A stretch of DNA of 64,000 nucleotides, taken from Eledone cirrhosa (Eukaryota). The translations under genes were made by a program, and so were the position numbers. A model generated the notes under the pieces. The model was given only the letters and a program-made list of their open reading frames with translations. It was not told where the DNA came from and did not search any database. Below, one piece after another: positions 52,247-64,000 of this stretch. Numbering within the stretch: the first letter of the stretch is position 1; each line of letters starts with the position of its first letter. Location: assembly GCA_964016885.1 (NCBI GenBank), contig OZ024743.1, positions 254,820,001 to 254,884,000 on the forward strand, read 5' to 3'.

Positions 52247-55200
52247 CAAACAAACAAATTAACAACACACCAAAACAATTAAAACCATCCACTCTCGCCT
52301 CTACATTTTTGCTTAACGCCCAAGGCATCAGCCCTTCCACCAATACTCAAAAATGGAAGATCAAATTCCTGGAGGACTGGATTGATGTCCATCCAAACCA
52401 CATCCCTTTCTTCGTCCTCACTGAAACCCATCTCAGTAACCTCCACTTGGAAGCCGAGGTGAAAGTGAAAAATTTCAAAGCCATCCGTGCTGATCGCGCT
52501 GGCAGAAGAAAGGGCGGAACTGCCATTTATGTCCATAATTCTTTCTCAACAGAGGCTATGAACATATTCACTAATGGATACTGTGAGGCAGTCACTGTAT
52601 TCAGTCAAACCAACAACCTATTAGTAGTTGGGCTCTATAGGCCACCCCAAACGCCTGTACCATGCTTCAAGGAATGCCTCAACAGCATAAAGTGTTTCAT
52701 CCAAGAGTGTCACCCTGACAACATCTTAATGATGGGGGACTTCAACCTCCCCGGAGTTGACTGGTCCACAAACACCCTGCCACCAGGTTCTTCTGCCTCA
52801 ACCTCTGACAGGGAAGCTGTGGAATCGCTTCTTGACTTCATGGATGATTTCTTCCTATCCCAACTAGTGCTCGAACCAACGAGGTGCCACAAAAACGTCC
52901 TAGACTTAATTTTCAGCAATCACACTGACAATATCCACAATATTGCAGTGGAGAAAACTCTACTCTCTGATCATGACATGGTTCTCTGTGATCTGAGATT
53001 CCACCGTCCAATATACAAACCCAATGTCATCTCTCCTGTCCATCCGTTTGACGCTATGGATTTCCACAATGCAAACTGGGAAGCGATCAGTCATGATCTT
53101 GCACATGTCGACTGGTCCTTCACGCACACTCATACACCCACTAACATCAAAAAGTCCTGGCAGACATTTGTGGACACTGTTACAAACATATGTGCTAAAC
53201 ACACCCCATTAAGAACTATAAACAAATCTAAGAGCAGAATCCCTAGAAATAGAAAAACGCTCATCAGAAAAATTAAGAGAACGAACAAAAAAATCAACAA
53301 GCTGAAATACTGTCAGCAGCAACACATCAACTTGACTGCCATTTCATCACTAGAGATTAAAAAACATAACCTCCAAAACAACATAATGTCCCTCATCAAC
53401 AATCAGAGAAGAGCTGAAGAGGCCTGGGCCATTGAGAAGATCAAACTCAATCCCAAAGTGTTCTTTTCATTTGCAAAAAAACACAAAATCACTGGCTCTA
53501 CTGTTGGCCCTCTAATTGATGAAAATGGCACTCTTCAAGACAATGCTAAAACCATGGGTGAGATACTGCAGAAACAATACTGCTCTGTTTTCAGCAATCC
53601 TGATATGGCCGATCTGGGCTGTATCGGCGATGTTACTCCCCATTACACCTTATCGGACATAACGTTTGGCGCCCCTGATGTCTTGGCGGCAATAAAGGAA
53701 ATCAAGCATAATTCAGCAGTAGGTCCCGATAGGTTCCCTGCTTGTGTCTTGAAGGCGTGTCAACACCAACTTGCTTCTCCTCTTGCCAATCTGTGGCGGA
53801 ACTCACTGGATGCTGGATATGTGCCAGAAAACCTTCTATCCCAGTCTGTTGTCCCAGTTTTCAAAAAGGGAAACAAATCCCTTGCCGTGAATTACCGTCC
53901 AATCTCACTCACCTCTCATATCATTAAGGTATTTGAGCGAGTGGTGAGATCGCGAATGACCCACTTCCTTGAGAGTAACAATATGCTGAACTCCAACCAG
54001 CATGGATTCCGTAATGGAAGGGATTGCCTGACGCAACTACTGCATCACTTTGATGACATTTTGAGAGCCTTGGGAGAGGGTTCCAACACTGATGTTATCT
54101 ACCTTGATTTCAGCAAGGCCTTTGACAGGGTTGATCATAACATTCTACTGAGAAAGCTGTCCAATATTGGTGTCACTGGAAGGCTGCTGCAGTGGATCAA
54201 GAGCTTCCTGTCAAACAGAACCCAACATGTTGTAGTTGAGGGAGTCAAATCAAGCCCAGCCAAAGTCAGTAGTGGGGTGCCACAAGGCACTGTGTTGGGC
54301 CCACTTCTCTTTATCATCTATATTAATGACATCACTGACATCATCAAACACAGCAACATTAAAATTTTCGCTGATGATTCCAAGCTCCAAAAGGTCATCA
54401 ATGGCGTGGATGACCGGATAAGCCTTCAGTCAGACCTACTGGCTGTTACCCAATGGGCAGAAAAGAACAACATGTTACTGAACGAAGACAAATTCGAACT
54501 GATCCACTTTGGAAAAGAGGATGCTCTGAAACTCCCGTACTGCCTTCCCTCCGGGGAAACTCTCGTGGCATCTAACAACATCAGAGACTTGGGAGTAACC
54601 GTGGACAGCAACATAAGCTGGACCACGCATATAAGCAGCAAAGTTGACATGGCCCGCAGAATGTGTTCCTGGATCCTCAGAACCTTCCAGTCGAGAGATT
54701 CCCGCACCATTATCCTTCTCTTCTCTACTTTCGCCCGACCACACCTTGAATACTGTTGTCCACTGTGGTCTCCCCACACGAAACAAAGTATCATGAAACT
54801 TGAAGCTCCTCAAAGGGCAATCACGAAAAAGATAGATGGCATGTCAGACCTTGACTACTGGGGTCGATTGGAAAACCTGAAACTTTACTCACTCCAACGT
54901 CGCCGTGAGCGTTATATTATCTGCATGATGTGGAAAATGTTCCATCATCACTGCCCAAATGATGTTGGCATCGCCTTCAAGATACACCCAAGGCTTGGGC
55001 CCCGTGCTATCCGTCCCATTCAAAAATCTAAATCGCAACTCATAACAACAATACGGCACAATTATTTCACCTCAATCGGCCCTGCTCTCTTCAACATCAC
55101 ACCAGGACACGTCAAAACAGAAACTGACCACACAAAATTCAAGAAGTCTTTGGACAAATTCCTCCAAGTAATCCCGGACAAACCACCCACACCCGGATAT

Positions 55201-55254
55201 GTCTCCGCAAACAGTAATTCTCTTCTCGAATGGGCCATGGTGCCCAAATCCTGA
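52117..55254 (+). CDS. LINE ORF2: APE endonuclease and reverse transcriptase (frame open from 52117; start mechanism unresolved)
   Basis: LLNAQG, LTETHL, YRPP, MGDFNLP, LSDHD (APE). [47 protein letters not shown] (CR1-type RT). No stops. Confidence 0.95.
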   Translation, partial: TGYFFLFFSHNESGKRTGKKHSSYHPAPPSTITPLHKLPLLPLTNKQINNTPKQLKPSTLASTFLLNAQGISPSTNTQKWKIKFLEDWIDVHPNHIPFFVLTETHLSNLHLEAEVKVKNFKAIRADRAGRRKGGTAIYVHNSFSTEAMNIFTNGYCEAVTVFSQTNNLLVVGLYRPPQTPVPCFKECLNSIKCFIQECHPDNILMMGDFNLPGVDWSTNTLPPGSSASTSDREAVESLLDFMDDFFLSQLVLEPTRCHKNVLDLIFSNHTDNIHNIAVEKTLLSDHDMVLCDLRFHRPIYKPNVISPVHPFDAMDFHNANWEAISHDLAHVDWSFTHTHTPTNIKKSWQTFVDTVTNICAKHTPLRTINKSKSRIPRNRKTLIRKIKRTNKKINKLKYCQQQHINLTAISSLEIKKHNLQNNIMSLINNQRRAEEAWAIEKIKLNPKVFFSFAKKHKITGSTVGPLIDENGTLQDNAKTMGEILQKQYCSVFSNPDMADLGCIGDVTPHYTLSDITFGAPDVLAAIKEIKHNSAVGPDRFPACVLKACQHQLASPLANLWRNSLDAGYVPENLLSQSVVPVFKKGNKSLAVNYRPISLTSHIIKVFERVVRSRMTHFLESNNMLNSNQHGFRNGRDCLTQLLHHFDDILRALGEGSNTDVIYLDFSKAFDRVDHNILLRKLSNIGVTGRLLQWIKSFLSNRTQHVVVEGVKSSPAKVSSGVPQGTVLGPLLFIIYINDITDIIKHSNIKIFADDSKLQKVINGVDDRISLQSDLLAVTQWAEKNNMLLNEDKFELIHFGKEDALKLPYCLPSGETLVASNNIRDLGVTVDSNISWTTHISSKVDMARRMCSWILRTFQSRDSRTIILLFSTFARPHLEYCCPLWSPHTKQSIMKLEAPQRAITKKIDGMSDLDYWGRLENLKLYSLQRRRERYIICMMWKMFHHHCPNDVGIAFKIHPRLGPRAIRPIQKSKSQLITTIRHNYFTSIGPALFNITPGHVKTETDHTKFKKSLDKFLQVIPDKPPTPGYVSANSNSLLEWAMVPKS

Positions 55255-55343
55255 ATTGAAAGACTTCGCCAGGTGGTGCTATTAAGTTAGACATGGCCTG
55301 GGCCAATACTGGCCAAAACATTTCAAAGTTATTCAAAGTTATG

Positions 55344-55398
<55 letters not shown>

Positions 55399-55400
55399 GC

Positions 55401-55451
<51 letters not shown>

Positions 55452-55482
55452 CATATATATATATACAAATATATATATATGC

Positions 55483-55529
<47 letters not shown>

Positions 55530-55717
55530 CATATACATACATATATATATACATATTTATATATATACATATATATACATATATATATATATACATATAT
55601 ATATAATATAAGATCAAAAGATGGTTAAAGGAGTCCAATGTATTTTATTATGCGCATTTCAAAAACAAACATCATCTACTACAATAAAACTCACCTCCTA
55701 CATATATATATTTATAC

Positions 55718-55768
<51 letters not shown>

Positions 55769-55825
55769 CATATACATACATATACATATATATATATATA
55801 TACATATATATATAGATACATATAC

Positions 55826-55856
<31 letters not shown>

Positions 55857-55925
55857 CATATACATATATATATACATATACATATATATACATATACATA
55901 TACATATATATACATATATATATAT

Positions 55926-55971
<46 letters not shown>

Positions 55972-55973
55972 AC

Positions 55974-56005
<32 letters not shown>

Positions 56006-56039
56006 ACATATATATACATATACATATTTATATATATAC

Positions 56040-56720
<681 letters not shown>

Positions 56721-56770
56721 ATGTATATATATATGTAAACTTTTATATGTATATATATATATATATATAC

Positions 56771-56846
<76 letters not shown>

Positions 56847-56847
56847 C

Positions 56848-56897
<50 letters not shown>

Positions 56898-56916
56898 CAC
56901 ATATATATATATACAC

Positions 56917-57013
<97 letters not shown>

Positions 57014-57034
57014 CACATATATATATGTATATAC

Positions 57035-57124
<90 letters not shown>

Positions 57125-57258
57125 ATACATATACATATATATATATACATATATACATATACATATATATATATACATATATATATATACATATATATAT
57201 ATATACATATATATATATACATATATATATATACATATATATATATACATATATATAC

Positions 57259-57291
<33 letters not shown>

Positions 57292-57316
57292 CATATATAT
57301 ACATATATATATATAC

Positions 57317-57421
<105 letters not shown>

Positions 57422-57426
57422 CATAC

Positions 57427-57479
<53 letters not shown>

Positions 57480-59792
57480 CATATTGTTATACATTGGGAG
57501 GGTCATGTTGCCAATAAGAAACACACGCACCAATTGCTTTCACTTCAATTTATTAAATATTTATAAATTTACAAATTTATAAATTTCTGGTTGGTTGATT
57601 GGTTCCACAACCATATAGTTGTTTATATATAGTCATAGTTCTTTCGTCACACACTCTGTGACCTCTTCAGTGACTGGGGATTCCTTTCTTTGTTTCTGTG
57701 CCTCTCCTTTGTTCTGTCCTACGCCATTTTTTTTCTGTGTGTGTGTTGTGTTCTCAGTCTGCGCATGCGCCACATCCGGGTGTCTGTGTGTGTTTATGTT
57801 CATTTACCTATTTGTTTATTTACATGTTACTGGTTGGTTGTTTGTTCTATGTGTGTGTGTGTTTTCATTTTGTCCTTAATTGTAAGTTGTGATGTTGCTG
57901 TTCCACTCATATTTTCTATTTAATTTTGGTTGTAATTCATTTATGTTTATTGCCTCTGTAATTTGTCTAAACATTGCGTCTTTTCTGTGTGTAGATTCTA
58001 TTTTTATTTCTATGTTCTCTAATTTACCCTTGTGTTCTATCTTAGCATGTTGGTAGAGTACAGATGATTCTTTATTATCTTGAAGGTCTCGCCAGTGTTC
58101 ATTTATCCGTTTCCCTACACTACGAGCTGTCTCACCTATGTACACTATATTTTTGTCTCTACATTGTCCTTCAGTATATCTTATGCTATACACTACATTT
58201 CTAGTTTTACAGTTAATATGGGGGCTTATTTTACAGGTTACACATTTCTTTTCTATACATGAGGGTCTTTGAAAAGGGTATGTCTTGCTAATAAGTGATT
58301 TTACGGAGGTACCTGGTCTTTCTACTATCTTAATATTGAGTTTATGTTTATTTAGTGCCCTTCTAAATTTGTAAGCTAGTTCACCTCTAGGGGTTGTATC
58401 GATGAACATTACACTCTGGTATTTATTGCTATCATACCATGAGTTTATTCTATTAGCCTTGTTCCTAGTTCTTTCTATTCTATTCCAAAATGTGCTCCTA
58501 TACAAGGGGCAGGTCCCATTTATGTCATTATTTACCATTTTTTCCCATTTGGTTCTGGCTCCTCTATACACTCTGATTCTATCTCTCTGATTGTAGCCAG
58601 AGAACTGCATACGGTGGATGAAGTGTTGTATGTGTCTCTCTAGTTCTTCGGGGTTGCACATGCGGGACACATTTCTCATCACCCGTACCAAATCCGCAAT
58701 CAGTATGTTGATTTTGGTATGGTCCGAAATGGCCGAGTTTCGGTGGATCAGATGTTTGGAAGTCATGGGTTTGGCATAATGGGAATGGAGGATTTGTTTT
58801 TTGTTGTTAATGGTATCTAACTAGAGCTCTGTGTCTAGTACAGGTAATCGATGGTTGGGGTGTTTATTTGGGTAGTCTATAGTAACTCTAATGCTCTGGT
58901 GTATGGAGTTTGCTATTTGCTGGATTCTTTCCATTGTGTTTTTCTCTAGTTCCTGACTCTTCTCTAGTGGGGGTGTCTTAACTACGATGTTTATATCATC
59001 TACGTATCGGGAGTACATTATCAGGGTTAAGGGGTCTTCTAATTGTTATTTAAGTTTAAGTTTAAGTCTACTGTCCCACCATACCATGAATAAGTTAGCT
59101 ATGTCGCCTGCAATGCTAACACCAATGGCTGCTCCTTCCTCTTGGGCATATGTTTTTCCATTAAATTTGAACATATTTTCCTTAAGGGTTAGTTTTATGC
59201 TGGCCCCTACCGCATGTGCAATCATTTTCTTCAGTTCATCGTGGTTTTCGGGTGTCCGTATGGCTCTGGTCCACCCGTTCCATCTATCTGTGTGGGTTTT
59301 CTTGGCCATTGAGGTAATGGTAGGTGGTCTGCCTCTTGCTGGTCTTGTAGGGCACAGGTTGCTAAGGTCATATGTGTCTAGGTAACTATTACTATAGGTA
59401 AGCTTAAGTAGGAGTCCCAGCTGACTGGTATCCATCCCACGGAACTCAACCTTGCTCTCAGTGATCATTTCTACGCATTTCTCCACAGCAAAATCCACGT
59501 CAATAGATGGATACAGGGACACAACAACCATACTGCCTATTATGCAGTTTGTTATGTCCCCAGATCGGTTACTCATACCGATTCTGCTGAGGAGGTCCTC
59601 CATGCTGTCACATACATCTGGGGACATTTCAATGATGGGGCGTATGATCAGGGAGAGGAAGTAGGACAGTCTGTAGTTACTAGCAATGTTAGCTCCACAG
59701 ACTGGCCGTGTTGGTGTTCCCGCGACAGGGTCACAGCCCGTTTTATGGTCTTTTCGAAGCCCATACAACGCCGGCACGTCATTGTTCCGGCC
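57480..59792 (-). mobile_element. 5'-truncated PLE (RT and GIY-YIG; a few stops and frameshifts) with 3' pLTR
   Basis: [55 protein letters not shown]...VYIGETARSV..RINEH. Confidence 0.92.
57631..57675 (-). ncRNA. Minimal type I hammerhead ribozyme in a PLE pLTR
   Basis: AGUCA-CUGAAGA-G-GUCAC-AGAGUGU-GUGAC-GAAAGAACUA-UGACU, with perfect stems I and II and a CUA site. Confidence 0.85.
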
Positions 59793-59902
<110 letters not shown>

Positions 59903-59935
59903 CATTTATATACATATATATATATATATATATAC

Positions 59936-60036
<101 letters not shown>

Positions 60037-60037
60037 T

Positions 60038-62464
60038 AGGAAAGCAGAGGAAAGAAAGTTCAAGAAATGTTCTACAACGCGAGGACCAAAAACGTGAGGT
60101 GTTCAGGATTGCTAGGAAATGTGTCAAGGAAAACCGTGATATTGTTGGGGAGAAGTGTGTACTAAATGATGATGGCGTACTCGCCATCACTGACGCTGAT
60201 AAGAAGGTCGCTTGGAAGTGTCACTACGAGAGGCTACTAAATGAGGAGAATAAATGGGAGAAGGATAGTCTCCCCCAGATCGATCCAATAGAGGGACCAG
60301 CAGTGTTAGTTGAAGGTAGTATAATAAGTAAGGCGATAAAAGATATGAAGACGGGTAAGGCGGCTGGGCCTTCGCAAATAGTCGCTGAGATGCTGAAGGC
60401 CTCTGGAACGGTGGGACACACCATGGTCACCCGGATAGTAACCAAGTCATACAGAATGGGGTTGTTCCGAAGGACTGGCGTAGCAGCATCATCAATAACT
60501 GTTACAAGGGTAAAGGAGACGCCCTAGATAGGAGTAACTATAGAGGGATTAAATTAATCGACCAGGTCATGAAGGTCACGGAAAAAGTAATAGTGCAACT
60601 AATCAGAGAGAGAATCGATCTAGATGAAATGCAGTTCGGGTTTGTGTCAGGCAAAAGTACCACAGACGCTCTTTTCATTGTACGACAACTACAGGAGAAG
60701 TACCTAGCTAAAAGTAAACCCCTATACTTAGCCTTTGTCGACTTGGAGAAAGCCTTCGACAGAGTCCCCCGTTCCATTATCTGGTGGGCTCTTAGAAAAC
60801 TAGGTGTTGACGAATGGCTTGTGAGAGCTATACAAGCCATGTATAAAGAAACAGTGAGCAAGGTTAGAATTAACAACGAATATAGTGAAGAGTTTAGCGT
60901 AAAAGTTGGTGTCCATCAGGGCTCTGTTCTTAGCCCCCTACTATTCATTATTGCCCTTCAGGCTATAACAGAGGAGTTCAAGACCGGCTGCCCATGGGAA
61001 CTCCTATACGCAGATGATCTAACGCTCATAGCTGAATCAATGGCCGAGCTAGAGAAGAAATTCCAAACATGGAAGCACGGCCTAGAATCAAAAGGCCTTA
61101 AAGTTAACATGGCTAAGACTAAAGTTCTAGTTTGTAGGAAAGAAAATAAGGCGCCGGTCCCTTCAAGGAAATGGCCATGCTCAGTGTGTAGGAAAGGCGT
61201 AGGTAGAAACTCCATTTTATGTCCCAAATGCAAAGTATGGGTGCATAAAAAATGTAGTGGGATCACAGGTAAGCTAACTAAGAACACAGATTTTACATGT
61301 GGCCGGTGCTCTGGTGCAATAAGTAGCAGCAAGTGCCCATATAATACTAGCTCTTTCAACTGCGCAGAGGGTTCTATAGAAATAGTGGACAGCTTCCGTT
61401 ACCTGGGTGACAAAATCAGCAGTGGGGGAGGGTGCTCCGAAAGTACAGTAGCTAGAGTCAGAACTGGATGGAAAAAGTTCAGAGAGCTTATACCACTATT
61501 AGCCGCTAAAGGGTTCTCCCTAAAAGTGAAAGGCAGGTTGTATGATGCCTGAATACGAACAGCAATGTTGCATGGCAGTGAGACCTGGGCATTGTGTGCA
61601 GAGGATATACGCAGACTAGAGAGGAACGAAACTTGCATGCTCCGCTGGATGTGTAATAATAATATACGCGAACGGCAAAGCATAAACGAACTAAGGAAAA
61701 AATTAGAAATAAGAGGGATCAGATGTTGTTTACTCGAGAGAAGGCTACGTTGGTATGGTCACGTGATGCGCATGAAAGACGACAGCTGTATAACAAAGTG
61801 CAGGGCAATAAGGATAGACGGTAGCCACGGAGTAGGCAGACCCAGAAAAACCTGGGACGAGCTGATAAATTCCGACCTCATACACTTACACCTCTCCAAG
61901 ACAATGTCACTGGACCGAGACCTTTGGCGGTACTCAGTAACAGAGAAGACCCGCGTTACCTAAATACAAAGTAAAACCTACTACAGTCAGTAGGCATCTC
62001 TAACAAAATACACCCCCGTCCCACCACCCCCACCCCATCCACACCGCCCCTTTCAATGTAAAGTTATGTTGGTGCCACAAAATCCAGGACGAAACAAATG
62101 AGATCGTGTAGGTGTCACGAAAAAAAAAAACACAGTCCACGCTGTAATGTGACCGTGTAGGCAACACGGTAAAAACGTCCCAGTCCCACACTGTAAATGT
62201 GGTTGGTGTTAGGAAGGGCATCCAGCTGTAGAAAACCTGCCAGACAGTCCACGCTGTAATGTGGCCGTGTAGGCAACACGGTAAAATCCTCCCAGTCCCA
62301 CACTGTAAATGAGGTTGGTGTTAGGAAGGGCATCCAACTGTAGAAAACCCGCCAGACAGTCCTATGCGAGCAAGACAACCACTCTTGCCTCAAGTGGGAA
62401 AACTCCCGTCCAAACCCATGCAAGTATGGAACACGGACGTTAAACGATGATGATGATGATGATG

Positions 62465-62466
<2 letters not shown>
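60038..62466 (+). mobile_element. Young 5'-truncated RTE LINE with a PHD finger inside the RT
   Basis: NYRGIKL, MQFGFV, FVDLEKAFDRV, GVHQGSVLSP, LLYADD, then C4HC3 (CSVC..CPKC..HKKC..CGRC), FRYLGD and RRLRWYGHV. One frameshift near 60440 and one TGA at 61550. (GAT)n tail. Confidence 0.93.
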
Positions 62467-62497
<31 letters not shown>

Positions 62498-62498
62498 G

Positions 62499-62535
<37 letters not shown>

Positions 62536-62541
62536 GATATA

Positions 62542-62573
<32 letters not shown>

Positions 62574-62614
62574 CATATATATATGTATACATATATATAT
62601 ACATATATATATAC

Positions 62615-62901
<287 letters not shown>

Positions 62902-62940
62902 CACATATCTATATATATATACATATATATATATATATAG

Positions 62941-62998
<58 letters not shown>

Positions 62999-63022
62999 TA
63001 TGTATATATATATATATACATA

Positions 63023-63131
<109 letters not shown>

Positions 63132-63147
63132 GTATATATATATTTAC

Positions 63148-63180
<33 letters not shown>

Positions 63181-63352
63181 CATATATATACATATGTATA
63201 TATATATACATAGATGTGAAATACTAGAGTGTGTTGGAGTTAAACACCCTCTTCGTATTATAGAAATGACAGTAAAGGTATAGTTCAATGTAATTAAACA
63301 GAGCCGAAGAATTATGAAAATAAATCAAAGAAGCCTTCAATACATAAAAAAT

Positions 63353-63406
63353 CTTTATTAGCCAACAATGTTTCGTCCTGTTAAGGACTCATCAGGGCAA
63401 TTAAAG
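63353..63406 (-). ncRNA. Minimal type I hammerhead ribozyme in a solo pLTR-like segment (about 63210-63650)
   Basis: CUUUAAUUGCC-CUGAUGA-GUCC-UUAACA-GGAC-GAAACAUUGUU-GGCUAAUAAAG. Confidence 0.85.
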
Positions 63407-63708
63407 CTATAAGAAGCACTATCAGCCAATACAAGCCGAAAACTCAGAAGAATATGGAGTGTACATAGATTAAATCATAGGAAAATAATCGGGTAAAAAT
63501 CATAAAGTAAAAAATTATCAAGTGCTAATTGCTAAAGAAGTAAGTAACATTTTGAACCATATTACAAATATAGTCCAATGCAAAAACTAGAGCTAAAACA
63601 GAGGTGGTGATATAGAGCGGGAATTATTGTACTATACATATTATAATATAATATAATATAATATAATTATAATTAATAATGATAATAATAATAATGTTAA
63701 AAGGCCCA

Positions 63709-63740
<32 letters not shown>

Positions 63741-63952
63741 ATATGTACACGCATATATATATATATATATCAATACACATTTCCATCAATAGACGCACAA
63801 ACTAACCCTTATCAAGAGTTTAAATATAAATAAGAATAAGAATAATAAAAATAAAAATAAAAATACAAATGATATATAGCTCTGATTGTTTAATTTATTA
63901 ATTTTTCATTGAGCCAAAAAGTGACCAGTTGCAAAGCACGTATATGTATGTG

Positions 63953-64000
<48 letters not shown>

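Larger units (their letters stand above)
50410..55341 (+). mobile_element. Apparently full-length, intact CR1-type LINE inserted in (TA)n
   Basis: 5'UTR with a tandem duplication of about 237 bp, intact ORF1 and ORF2, 3' hairpin ggcca-atac-tggcc and a ttcaaagtta tandem tail. Confidence 0.92.

Overview
This is AT-rich, repeat-saturated eukaryotic DNA with no host protein-coding gene I can recognise with confidence. The SINE families, PHD-bearing RTE LINEs and large (TA)n/(CA)n tracts suggest an octopod cephalopod (inference). The window contains: (i) at least seven Penelope-like element (PLE) copies with coding remnants plus several solo terminal-repeat (pLTR) pieces, one copy being nearly intact with a single stop codon (9015-15313). 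About ten type I hammerhead-ribozyme (HHR) motifs lie in these pLTRs, ranging from canonical to long-loop to core-variant forms. (ii) A 425-bp non-coding HHR unit with terminal redundancy, resembling a retrozyme. (iii) An apparently full-length, intact CR1-type LINE (50410-55341). Its ORF1 has a Myb/SANT-like N-terminus and two CCCH fingers. Its ORF2 has no usable AUG, lies in the -1 frame, and is preceded by in-phase slippery heptamers U-UUU-UUA and A-AAA-AAC. The same in-phase U-UUU-UUA occurs in a second, diverged CR1 family at 6541, which suggests programmed -1 frameshifting (a splice acceptor is the alternative). (iv) Several RTE LINE families, two tRNA-derived SINE families, a hAT-type MITE, a mariner remnant and several long inverted repeats. 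All RNA folds were read by eye and none was computed. Most short ORFs in the supplied track are microsatellite artefacts.
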